A DNA stretch of 64,000 nucleotides from an uncultured Eggerthellaceae bacterium (GTDB lineage: Bacteria > Actinomycetota > Coriobacteriia > Coriobacteriales > Eggerthellaceae). The stretch spans positions 158 through 64,157 of the forward strand of contig CANOBU010000001.1 of NCBI GenBank assembly GCA_947564425.1. The letters run 5' to 3'. A program made the translations under genes and the position numbers. Positions 1-8,198 of the stretch are shown here, piece by piece (positions within the stretch are counted from its first letter, which is position 1; each line of letters starts with the position of its first letter). A model generated the notes under the pieces. That model was not told the origin of the DNA. It was given only the letters and a program-made list of their open reading frames with translations, and did not search any database.

Positions 1-16
1 GTGTTTTCGATAAGAT

Positions 17-42
17 AGCGCCCCCGCAACAGCAGGGGCGCT
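17..42 (-). terminator. candidate terminator hairpin after rubredoxin gene
   Basis: 8-bp stem agcgcccc (17-24) / ggggcgct (35-42) with a 10-nt loop, 26 nt beyond the minus-strand stop at 70-68. No clean U-run follows on the minus strand. Confidence 0.35.
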
Positions 43-67
43 GACTGTGCGGGCGTCTTCGCTCGCG

Positions 68-229
68 CTAATCCACTGGCGAGAAGTCGTCCTTCGTCAC
101 GCCGCAGAGGGGGCATACCCAATCGTCGGGGATGTCCTCGAAGGCGGTGCCGGGGGCTATGCCGCCATCGGGGTCGCCGAGTTCCGGATCGTAGATGTAG
201 CCGCATACGTTGCAGATGTACTTGCCCAT
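68..229 (-). CDS. rubredoxin (53 aa)
   Basis: Too short for the ORF track. Hand translation of the minus strand from ATG at 229 gives [53 protein letters not shown], stop TAG at 70-68. It has two CxxC pairs and the DIPDDWVCP rubredoxin signature. GGAGG lies 6 nt upstream of the ATG. Confidence 0.9.
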   Translation of the reverse strand: MGKYICNVCGYIYDPELGDPDGGIAPGTAFEDIPDDWVCPLCGVTKDDFSPVD

Positions 230-506
230 GGCAAACCTCCTTTACCGATCCGCCCCATGCGGGCGAATTCCATCGCCCCCATAGTGCCATGGGCCGTCCG
301 AACCGCCCTCTTCAAACAGCGTTCGTAGGAAAAGCGTTGATTGCCCGGATGCACGCCTGTCTGCCTGTTGGATGGGGGAAGACCACCCGCTCCTCAGGTG
401 TATTACCGCGGATTCATCGGAGTGCTCGGAAAGCGTCGATTGCGGTCCAGCGCGGTGCGTCATAATGGGGGAGAGACGAAATGTTTCGGGAAAGGAGCGC
501 GGACCG

Positions 507-914
507 ATGGGCGATTTCTCGGATAGGGTGTTTGCGGTGGTCCGGCGCATACCGCGGGGGAAGGTGGCCAGCTACGGGCAGGTGGGCCGTATGATCGGCG
601 CCCCGCGCTCGGCCCGTTACGTGGGCTATGCGCTGCGGGCCAATCCGGCCCCTGGCCAGGACCCGGCGGATATCCCGTGCCATCGGGTGGTGTTCAAGGA
701 CGGCTCCATGGCCACGGGCTTCGCCTTCGGCGGCCCGGGCGAGCAGCGCAAGATGCTCGAAGCCGAAGGTGTGGCCTTCGACGATGAGGGACGGGTGGTC
801 ATGGAAGCGTGTCAGTGGGACGGCCGCGAGACCTCGGCCGGCGAAGAGGGGGAGTACCCTCTGGCCCCGCCCGAGGATTTCGACTGGGCCCGCGAATTGG
901 GCGAGGACGATTAG
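507..914 (+). CDS. MGMT-family protein (Ada/Ogt C-terminal DNA-binding/alkyl-acceptor domain only)
   Basis: In frame with track ORF 372..914. Start moved to ATG 507 behind AAAGGAG (491-497). Contains GKVASYGQVGRMIGAPRSARYVGYAL and the IPCHRVV active-site motif. There is no Ogt N-terminal domain, and the C-terminal tail is acidic. Confidence 0.8.
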   Translation: MGDFSDRVFAVVRRIPRGKVASYGQVGRMIGAPRSARYVGYALRANPAPGQDPADIPCHRVVFKDGSMATGFAFGGPGEQRKMLEAEGVAFDDEGRVVMEACQWDGRETSAGEEGEYPLAPPEDFDWARELGEDD

Positions 915-1005
915 ACTCCAGCCGAGTGAAGGCGATCAATTCGCGGCCGGATGGAGGCGACCGGCTTCCAGGCAAGTGAAGACGACTGGACCCTAGGAGG
1001 TTCCC

Positions 1006-1209
1006 ATGGATGATAGGCAGCTCGAGCGCCTGGCGGCCTTCGAGGCAGCCCTGGCCGAGATGGCCGACGGCTACGACCGCATAGCAGCGCAGCTCGAGGA
1101 GATGCGCGCCCAGGGAAAGGCCAAGACCGCAACCTACCAGCAGCTGGCCGCCCGCAAGCTGGCCCTGCGCACCTCCCTGGCCTTCTTCGAGGACCGCGGC
1201 CTCCGTTGA
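1006..1209 (+). CDS. hypothetical small helical protein (67 aa)
   Basis: Track ORF with AGGAGG 6 nt upstream of the ATG and G/C-rich third positions. The sequence is Ala/Glu/Leu-rich and looks helical. No family recognised. Confidence 0.5.
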   Translation: MDDRQLERLAAFEAALAEMADGYDRIAAQLEEMRAQGKAKTATYQQLAARKLALRTSLAFFEDRGLR

Positions 1210-1278
1210 CGCCCCCCACCCCGTTATCGCTTCTGCCGATAGCGGGCTATCATCATTTCCTACGGCGTTTTCCCTTGC

Positions 1279-1306
1279 CTGACAAGGGGTTTCATGGTTT
1301 CATAAT
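1279..1306 (+). promoter_or_regulatory. candidate sigma-70-type promoter for the PaaK-like gene
   Basis: CTGACA (1279-1284), a 16-nt spacer, then CATAAT (1301-1306), about 40 nt upstream of ATG 1347. The spacer contains the tandem GTTTCAT GTTTCAT. Confidence 0.35.
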
Positions 1307-1346
1307 CCCTTGTGAAATGCCCCTGGCACCTTGGAAGGGAAGAACC

Positions 1347-2687
1347 ATGGCGAAGAAGAACATCCCCTACGACCAGAAATACTACGACCCGGAGATAGAG
1401 TGCATGCCCCGGCCCCAGCTGGAGCAGCTGCAGCTCGAGCGCCTGCAAGCCATGGTGGCCTACGCCTACGAGAACACGGTGTACTACAAGCGCTCCTTCG
1501 ACGAGGCCGGCGTGAAGCCGGAGGACATCCGCACCCTGGCCGACCTTCAGCGCTTCCCCTTCATCGACAAGAAGACCGAGCGCGACACCCAGCATGTGGG
1601 CAGCTTCTTCGGCGAGATGTGCCCGGTGCCCGAGGAAGAGGTCATCTTCATGGCCACCTCGTCCGGCTCCACCGGCGTGCCCACGGTCTCGCCCTTCACC
1701 CAAGAGGACTTCGACCTGTGGCAGGACACCGAGGCCCGCCTGTTCTGGCAGGCCGGCATGCGCCCCACCGACCGCTATGTGCACGGCCTGAACTTCGCGC
1801 TGTACGTGGGAGGCCCCGACGTGATCGGCGCCCAGCGCCTGGGGGCCCTGGCCATCTGGGTGGGCGCGGTGCCCAGCGACCGCCTGATCTTCGTGCTGCA
1901 GCAGTACCAGCCCACCATCATATGGACGTCTCCCAGCTACGCCTGGACCCTCGGCGAGAAGATCAAGGAGAAGGGCCTCGACCCGAAGGCCGATTTCTCC
2001 ATCCACACCATTATCGTGGCCGGCGAGCCGGGCGGCTCCATCCCCTCTACCCGCGAGGCCATCGAGAACCTGTGGGGCGCGAAGGTGGTGGATTTCTTCG
2101 GGCTGTCCGACATCTACGGCGCCTGCGCGGCCATGTGCGAAGCCAAAGACGGCCTGCACATCGTGGAGGACCAGATTCTCGTGGAAACCGTCGATCCCGC
2201 CACTGGCGAGGTGCTGGCCCCTGGCAGCCAGGGCGAGCTGGTGTACACCACGCTGATGAAGAAGGCCCGGCCTATGATCCGCTTCCGTACCGGCGACATC
2301 GGCTACGTGAGCACGGAATCCTGCAGCTGCGGACGCACCCTGGCGCGCATACACATCACCGGACGCAAGGACGAGATGTTCATCGTGGGCGCCGTGAACG
2401 TGTTCCCCACCGACGTGGAGTACGTGGTGCGGGCCGAGGACGGCCTGACCGGCGAGTACTCCATCCGGGTATACGACGAGAACTTCACCACGCGCTACGA
2501 GGTGTCCGTGGAGCGCGCCCAGGACTCCGATGAGCCCTACGACGCCGTGGCCGCCCGGGTGCAGGCGGCCCTGAAAGCCCACACCGGCGTGCGCCCGGCG
2601 AAGGTGATAGTCTATGATGCAGGCAAGCTGGGCACCTCCAGCGAGCACAAGGCCTCGCGTTTCATCGACGAGCGTACCCGGGCCTAG
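1347..2687 (+). CDS. phenylacetate-CoA ligase family protein (PaaK / coenzyme F390 synthetase-like adenylate-forming enzyme)
   Basis: In frame with track ORF 1206..2687. Start set at ATG 1347 (MAKKNIPYDQKYYDPEIECMPRPQLEQLQLERLQ), which is typical of PaaK N-termini. Also has the ATSSGSTGVPT AMP-binding motif and the FRTGD motif. Confidence 0.85.
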   Translation: MAKKNIPYDQKYYDPEIECMPRPQLEQLQLERLQAMVAYAYENTVYYKRSFDEAGVKPEDIRTLADLQRFPFIDKKTERDTQHVGSFFGEMCPVPEEEVIFMATSSGSTGVPTVSPFTQEDFDLWQDTEARLFWQAGMRPTDRYVHGLNFALYVGGPDVIGAQRLGALAIWVGAVPSDRLIFVLQQYQPTIIWTSPSYAWTLGEKIKEKGLDPKADFSIHTIIVAGEPGGSIPSTREAIENLWGAKVVDFFGLSDIYGACAAMCEAKDGLHIVEDQILVETVDPATGEVLAPGSQGELVYTTLMKKARPMIRFRTGDIGYVSTESCSCGRTLARIHITGRKDEMFIVGAVNVFPTDVEYVVRAEDGLTGEYSIRVYDENFTTRYEVSVERAQDSDEPYDAVAARVQAALKAHTGVRPAKVIVYDAGKLGTSSEHKASRFIDERTRA

Positions 2688-2763
2688 CAGTATTCGACGG
2701 GGCCTGCCCAGGCGGGCCCCTTGGGGTAAGCAACCGGCAATCAGCCGCGAGAAGGGATATACC

Positions 2764-3420
2764 ATGGCCGTATTCGATTTCGCAGTTTCAGGGCAGCACT
2801 ACCTCTTCGATGTGCAGTCCTTCGCCCATACCATATTGGCCCGCGGGGGCGAGCAGTTCAGCTACGCCCTGCGCGACCGCACCACCCAGGGGGTCATCGA
2901 CGACGTGGTGGCCGGCACCTCCGAGCTGGGCGTGGTGATGCAGACCTCCGCCACCAAGGCCGAACTCGACGGCGCCTTCGCCGCCGCCGGCCTGGAGTTC
3001 CACGAACTGGCCTCGAGCCTGCCCCGGGTGGCGCTGCCCTCCAGCCATCCGCTGGTGAACGCGAAGAGCCTGGCGCTGGAGCAGCTGGCCGACTACCCCT
3101 ACGTGTACTTCGAGCAGGGGCCCGATGCGCCCCTGGCCTTCCACGAGGAGGCCCTGGCGGATATCCCGCGGGCCAAGAAGGTGGCCACCACCGACCGCGC
3201 CACGCTGACCGAGCTGATCATGGCCATAAACGGCTATACCGTCACCAGCGGCATACTGGTGGGCATAACCGATGGGTCGGCCCTCACCACCATCCCGTTG
3301 CAGACCGATGTGGTGCTGCATCTGGGTTATGTGGCCCCGGCGGGCCGCGAGCTTTCGCCCATGGCGCAGCGCTTCGTGGCCCATCTGCAGAAGAGCCTGG
3401 AGTACTACACCACCCATTAG
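2764..3420 (+). CDS. LysR substrate-binding-domain protein lacking the N-terminal wHTH
   Basis: In frame with ORF 2614..3420. ATG 2764 follows GAGAAGGGA. The 218-aa product starts directly in effector-domain-like sequence (FDFAVSGQHYLFDVQSFAHTIL...VVAGTSELGVVMQ). No helix-turn-helix is encoded upstream in any frame. Confidence 0.6.
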   Translation: MAVFDFAVSGQHYLFDVQSFAHTILARGGEQFSYALRDRTTQGVIDDVVAGTSELGVVMQTSATKAELDGAFAAAGLEFHELASSLPRVALPSSHPLVNAKSLALEQLADYPYVYFEQGPDAPLAFHEEALADIPRAKKVATTDRATLTELIMAINGYTVTSGILVGITDGSALTTIPLQTDVVLHLGYVAPAGRELSPMAQRFVAHLQKSLEYYTTH

Positions 3421-3471
3421 GCGGCCCGGCTGCGGCCCGGCCGGTCGCAGTACCCGCAGGAGAGGAGCCCC

Positions 3472-4416
3472 ATGGCGCGATACGGAGTGATAGACCTCGG
3501 GTCGAACTCGGTGCGCCTGGTGGTCTACGAGGTGCGCGATCCCAAGGGCGGCCGCGTGTCGAAGAAGGATTTCTCCGTCCTGCTGGACATGAAGAAGATG
3601 GCCGGCCTGTCCGCCTATGTGGCAGACGGCGTGTTCTCGGACGAGGGAATCAAGAAGGCGGCCTACATCGTGTCGCGCCATCTGGTGCGGGCCGCCAATG
3701 TGGGCTGCGACAGGGTGCAGGTATTCGCCACGGCCGTGCTGCGCAATTGCGCCAACTCGAAGGAGGCCGTGGCCCGCATACAGGAATCCGCCGGCTGCGC
3801 CATCCGGTTGCTGTCGGGCGAGCAGGAGGCGCGCCTCGATTTCGTGGGAGCCTCCTGCGAGCACGCCATGCAGGCGGGTACGCTGATCGACATAGGCGGC
3901 GGCTCCACCGAGCTGGTGTCCATCGCGAAGGGGAAGGCCCGCCGCTGCCTCAGCCTGGACCAAGGCAGCATATCCTCCTACGCGCAGTTCGTGAAGATGG
4001 TGCTGCCCACCCCGAAGGAGCAGTCCCGCATAGCCAAGGCCCTGGCTGCGCGCCTCGAGGCCATAGCCGACTTTTCCGATTTCAAGAGCCCCGTCCTGTA
4101 CGGGGTGGGGGGCAGCGTGCGCGCCGTGGCCAAGATGAAGGGGGCGCGCGAGGGTGCGCTGAAGGTGCCCAAGCGGTTGGCGCTCGAGGACGTCGAGGGC
4201 CTTTTCCGCTTCCTCTTGGACGATCCGCCGGCCTTCGCCCATACGGCCAGCCGCGCGGTGCCCGACCGGCTGCATACCATCGGATGCGGGCTGGTCATGG
4301 TGAAGCTGCTGATGGAGACCCTGGGGGCCGAGCAGCTGGAAGTGTGCCGCTATGGGGTGCGCGAGGGCTTCCTCATCGATGCCATGCTGGGAAAGCCCGG
4401 CAAGAAGGAGGGCTAG
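3472..4416 (+). CDS. Ppx/GppA family phosphatase (exopolyphosphatase-like)
   Basis: The N-terminus MARYGVIDLGSNSVRLVVYEV is the ASKHA phosphate-1 motif of Ppx/GppA. Also has DIGGGSTEL. AGGAGAGGAG lies upstream. Confidence 0.85.
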   Translation: MARYGVIDLGSNSVRLVVYEVRDPKGGRVSKKDFSVLLDMKKMAGLSAYVADGVFSDEGIKKAAYIVSRHLVRAANVGCDRVQVFATAVLRNCANSKEAVARIQESAGCAIRLLSGEQEARLDFVGASCEHAMQAGTLIDIGGGSTELVSIAKGKARRCLSLDQGSISSYAQFVKMVLPTPKEQSRIAKALAARLEAIADFSDFKSPVLYGVGGSVRAVAKMKGAREGALKVPKRLALEDVEGLFRFLLDDPPAFAHTASRAVPDRLHTIGCGLVMVKLLMETLGAEQLEVCRYGVREGFLIDAMLGKPGKKEG

Positions 4417-4418
4417 CC

Positions 4419-4718
4419 ATGGCCGAGGTAACCGACGAGCAGCGGTTCCGCGGGGCCGTGCGCCTGGTCACGCTGCACCTGTGGCGCGTGGCGAAGACCA
4501 CCGACCTGGATGCCTGCTTCGCCGAGGCCCGGCAGCGGGGGATGGTCGACGGCTCCCAGGAGGCGTTCATCCGCGAGTGCATCCATGCTTGCGAGCTGTT
4601 GGAAGGCGGCGGGGAGTTCCGGCCGGGCGAGGGCGATGGGGAAGGGGAGCGGCTGCAGCAGGCCATCGCCGAGCTGCAGCGCTGCGCCCTGGCCTTGAAC
4701 ACGGCCGATCCTGCTTAG
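4419..4718 (+). CDS. hypothetical protein (99 aa)
   Basis: The ATG sits 2 nt after the Ppx stop (TAGCCATG), in frame with the tail of track ORF 3747..4718. Third positions are coding-like. No family recognised. Confidence 0.45.
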   Translation: MAEVTDEQRFRGAVRLVTLHLWRVAKTTDLDACFAEARQRGMVDGSQEAFIRECIHACELLEGGGEFRPGEGDGEGERLQQAIAELQRCALALNTADPA

Positions 4719-4742
4719 GCTGCTATGCTTTTCCACCTGTCC

Positions 4743-4822
4743 GCGCCGAGGGCGGGTTGCCTGCGCTTTCACTCCTCGCTTCGCTGCGGGGGTTGAAAGC
4801 TCCGGCAACCCGCCCTCGGCGC
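4743..4822. repeat. GC-rich hairpin element with conserved 36-nt core
   Basis: Perfect 19-bp arms gcgccgagggcgggttgcc (4743-4761) / ggcaacccgccctcggcgc (4804-4822). The tip holds the self-pairing core gctttcactcctcgcttcgctgcgggggttgaaagc (4765-4800). The core recurs at 53743-53778. Confidence 0.85.
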
Positions 4823-4889
4823 TACCGGATTTAATTATTCCTAACATAGATAGATTTTCTTTTGTTACGGTCTTGTAAATATGAAAAAA

Positions 4890-4905
4890 CTATGACACTA
4901 TGACA
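4890..4905 (+). promoter_or_regulatory. tandem 8-mer CTATGACA x2 in AT-rich island upstream of Mo-oxidoreductase operon
   Basis: ctatgaca ctatgaca occupies 4890-4897 and 4898-4905, inside the only strongly AT-rich stretch (about 4831-4990) of the first 10 kb. It is a candidate operator/promoter element. No -35/-10 pair could be fixed with confidence. Confidence 0.3.
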
Positions 4906-5196
4906 ATAGTACAAAGAGCCATTCGTTTTGAAGCACGTGAAGCCACAGGCCATGCGTCACCCGAAGGGGCTGGTTCTATGAGAGCACGTTACTGATCTTC
5001 ATTAATCCCACGCCAAAGCGGTTGCATTTCAGGGTCCCGGATTCCGGCCCTTTAGCAAGCTATGTCTGAAATGCGGCACTGGAAGGCGATGGGCGGTATC
5101 CGGGCTGGGCCCGGGCAGCCGGCACGGGCCGGCGGATCGAGGTTTCAAAGGCTTCGTAGGAGCCTGGGAATAAAGGAAGAGGGAGAGGAGAGAAGG

Positions 5197-7599
5197 ATGG
5201 GTGAGGAGAGGAGCCTTACTCGCAGGACGTTCATGGCGGGGACGGCAGCGCTTGGCGCGATGGCGGCTCTGGCTGGCGCCATGCCGCAGACTTTGGCCTA
5301 TGCCGACGATGCGAAGAAGATGGCCGCCAGCAGCAGCGACGCCACCGAGGTCAAGCACGCATGGTGCCAGATGTGCGGTCCGGCCAAGACGGCGTGCTCC
5401 ACGCTGTGCCATATCAAGGATGGCCGCTGGGTGCATGTAGAGGGCAATCCCGAAGCCGGCAACAATTACGGCCGCGGCAGCAAGACGCTCTGCGCCAAGG
5501 GCAATTCGGCAATGCAGGTGCTCTACGACCCGGCGCGTATCACCTACCCCATGAAGCGCGTGGGCGAGAAGGGCGAGGGCAAGTTCGAGCGCACCACCTG
5601 GGACGAGGCATACAAAGCCATCGCCGACAAGCTGAAGGAGCAGAAGGAGAAGTACGGCCCCGAGTCGTACGGTGTCCTGTCTCCGCAGGCCTACCAGGTG
5701 CTCTGGACGCTGGGTCGCCGCTTCCTGAACGTGCACGGCAGCCCGAACTACATGCACAGCGCCATCTGCGCCCTGCAGCGCGCCGCCAGCAAGAAGATCT
5801 GCCTGGGCAGCGCCGACTGCGACCCGGGTCAGCTGGATAAGACGAAGCTGTATGTCATCTGGGGCGCCAATCCCGAGAACTCGGCCATCAACCAGGGCAA
5901 GCCGAATGCGCGCCTTGATGCCATCGAGAACGGCACGAAGGTGATAGACATCCGGCCGATGCTCGACGGCCTCGGCGCCCATGCCGATATATGGGTGCCC
6001 ATCCGTCCGGGAACCGATGGTGCGCTGGCGCTCGCCGTGCTGAACCACATCATCACCAACGATTTGTACGACCATGACTTCACCGCCAACTGGTGCAACG
6101 GCTTCGACAAGCTGGCCGAGCACGTGAAGCCCTTCACGGCCGAGTGGGCCAGCGAGCATACCGGCCTGCCGAAGGAGCAGATCGAGGAAGTGGCCCACCT
6201 GATGGGCACCACGAAGCCCATGGGCATCCTGTACGGCAACGGCATCGGCGACCAGCAGAACGATGGCAACTGGACCTGCATCGCCATCTGCCTCATCGAG
6301 GCGATCACCGGCAACCTCGACATCGCCGGTGGCGGCGGCGCGAAGAAGACCGTTCCCAAGCCGATGTTCGAGACGAAGAAGTTCGACATCCTGACCGATC
6401 GTCTGCCCAAGAGCGCCGAGGACGAGGAGAAGGGCTACTTCGCCGGCATGTCGAAGCTCGTCGCGCCCGAGACGCCGCGTTGGTACCAGAACCCCAAGAC
6501 GTGGGAGTCGGGCCCGAACTCTGCGTACTTCAAGGCGCTCATGAGCATCCTGACCGAGGATCCCTATCCGCTGCGCGCGGTGCTGGGGCAGGCGAGCAAC
6601 CCCTTCGGCGCGACGCGTCAGCCCAAGAAGATCGCCGAGGCGCTGAAGAAGCTCGACTTCTACTTCGTGCACGATACGCACTGGAACACCTCGTGCGATT
6701 ACGCCGACTACGTGCTGCCGGCCGCGACCCATTACGAGTGCTCGCAGCAGTTCGGCACGAAGAACACGCCGGCGGGCACGTTCATCGCCATCAACCAGAA
6801 GATCGCTGAGCCGCTGGGCGAATCGCGCTCCGACTGGGACTTCTACATGGGCCTCGCGCAGGCGATGGGCTATGGCGACGATTTCTGGAACGGCGACATG
6901 GATGCGTGCCTGAGCGAGCAGCTCGATGGGTCGGGCTTCACGCTCGAGGACCTGCGCGCCGCCAACCAGGGCATCTTCGTGGCGCGCACCGATGGCGCCA
7001 AGGCCGAAGAGCCCACCTACCAGAATTACGAGAAGCTGTTCGCCGCCCTGCCCAACGGCAAGGTGCAGTGCTACAACGAGTGGATCGGCGGCAAGCCGAA
7101 CAACACCGAGACCGGCGAGCTGGGATACCTCCCCGAGTACGTGGGTCCGCCCGAGAGCCTGGCGGGAACGCCGGAGCTGGCCGAAGAGTACCCGCTGATC
7201 ATATCCGACGTCCATGCTTACCGCCTGTGCAACCACAGCTACTATGTGGGCGTTCCGTATCTGCGCGAGCTGCAGCCGTATCCCTGGGTGAAGATCAACC
7301 CGGATACCGCCAAGAAGTACGGCATCGCGGACGGCGACTGGATGAAGGTCGAGAGCCCGCATGGTTGGGTGAAGCTGCGGGCCGAGTACAAAGAGGGTAT
7401 TTCCCCCGAGGTGCTCATGACCCGGCGCGGCTGGTGGCAGGATTGCCAGGAACTGGGTCTTCCCGCCTATGGCTGCTTCGACGGCGGAAGCGACTCCACA
7501 GTGCTTTATGATTCGACCATCGAGAACTTCGATCCGTTCCATTCCGCCATGTCCAAGCAGACGCTGGTTAAGATCAGCAAGATCGAGGAGGGCAAGTAA
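5197..7599 (+). CDS. molybdopterin (bis-MGD) oxidoreductase catalytic subunit, Tat-exported; substrate unknown
   Basis: In frame with ORF 5062..7599. ATG 5197 follows GGAGAGGAGAGAAGG. Has a twin-arginine leader SLTRRTFMAGTAALGAMAALAG..AYA and the N-terminal FeS motif WCQMCGPAKTACSTLCH...TLCAKGNS. At 800 aa it is a DMSO-reductase-family member by length and layout. Confidence 0.9.
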   Translation: MGEERSLTRRTFMAGTAALGAMAALAGAMPQTLAYADDAKKMAASSSDATEVKHAWCQMCGPAKTACSTLCHIKDGRWVHVEGNPEAGNNYGRGSKTLCAKGNSAMQVLYDPARITYPMKRVGEKGEGKFERTTWDEAYKAIADKLKEQKEKYGPESYGVLSPQAYQVLWTLGRRFLNVHGSPNYMHSAICALQRAASKKICLGSADCDPGQLDKTKLYVIWGANPENSAINQGKPNARLDAIENGTKVIDIRPMLDGLGAHADIWVPIRPGTDGALALAVLNHIITNDLYDHDFTANWCNGFDKLAEHVKPFTAEWASEHTGLPKEQIEEVAHLMGTTKPMGILYGNGIGDQQNDGNWTCIAICLIEAITGNLDIAGGGGAKKTVPKPMFETKKFDILTDRLPKSAEDEEKGYFAGMSKLVAPETPRWYQNPKTWESGPNSAYFKALMSILTEDPYPLRAVLGQASNPFGATRQPKKIAEALKKLDFYFVHDTHWNTSCDYADYVLPAATHYECSQQFGTKNTPAGTFIAINQKIAEPLGESRSDWDFYMGLAQAMGYGDDFWNGDMDACLSEQLDGSGFTLEDLRAANQGIFVARTDGAKAEEPTYQNYEKLFAALPNGKVQCYNEWIGGKPNNTETGELGYLPEYVGPPESLAGTPELAEEYPLIISDVHAYRLCNHSYYVGVPYLRELQPYPWVKINPDTAKKYGIADGDWMKVESPHGWVKLRAEYKEGISPEVLMTRRGWWQDCQELGLPAYGCFDGGSDSTVLYDSTIENFDPFHSAMSKQTLVKISKIEEGK

Positions 7600-7601
7600 T
7601 C

Positions 7602-8135
7602 ATGGGAAAGCAATACGGCTTTTATGCAGATACCAGCCGTTGCATCAAGTGCTGGGCATGCGAGGTGGCATGCAAGCAGTGGAATGGTATAAAGGCTGGT
7701 ACCATCGCGCGCCGCAAGGTGCATGAGATAGATTCGGGCAAGTTCCCGACCCCCACCCGCACCTTCATCAGCATGTCCTGCATGCACTGCGCCGAGCCCG
7801 CCTGCGAGAAGGTATGCCCGGCCGGCGCCATCAGCAAGCGCGAGGAAGACGGCATCGTCGTCGTCGACAAGAACAAGTGCATCGGCTGCCACTACTGCTT
7901 CTTCGCCTGCCCCTTCGGCGTGCCCGAGTACACCGATGCCGGCATGGACAAATGCGATGCCTGCCTGGGCAACGGCGTGAAGATCGACGAGGGCGAGATG
8001 CCCCATTGCGTGGCCACCTGCCCCACCAAGGCCCTGCATTTCGGACCCATGGACGAGCTGCGCGAGATGCAGTCCCAGAAGACTGCCAAGAAGGTTGTAT
8101 CCGACTCGACCAGGCCCTCGTTCCTGGCATCCTAA
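7602..8135 (+). CDS. 4Fe-4S dicluster electron-transfer subunit (DmsB/PsrB-like)
   Basis: Starts 2 nt after the catalytic subunit stop. Carries repeated CxxCxxCxxxC(P) motifs (CIKCWACEVAC, CMHCAEPACEKVCP, CIGCHYCFFACP, CDAC...CVATCP). Confidence 0.9.
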   Translation: MGKQYGFYADTSRCIKCWACEVACKQWNGIKAGTIARRKVHEIDSGKFPTPTRTFISMSCMHCAEPACEKVCPAGAISKREEDGIVVVDKNKCIGCHYCFFACPFGVPEYTDAGMDKCDACLGNGVKIDEGEMPHCVATCPTKALHFGPMDELREMQSQKTAKKVVSDSTRPSFLAS

Positions 8136-8198
8136 GAAGGCAGGCGTGCGGGCGCATTCTGCCCGCTGCGCCTTCGACCTGGGAAAGGAGGTCCATTC

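Noticed and set aside
5197-7599. Selenocysteine or other recoding in the molybdopterin oxidoreductase.
   Set aside because: The 800-codon frame is uninterrupted, with no in-frame TGA and no SECIS-like hairpin requirement. The Mo ligand must be a standard residue.
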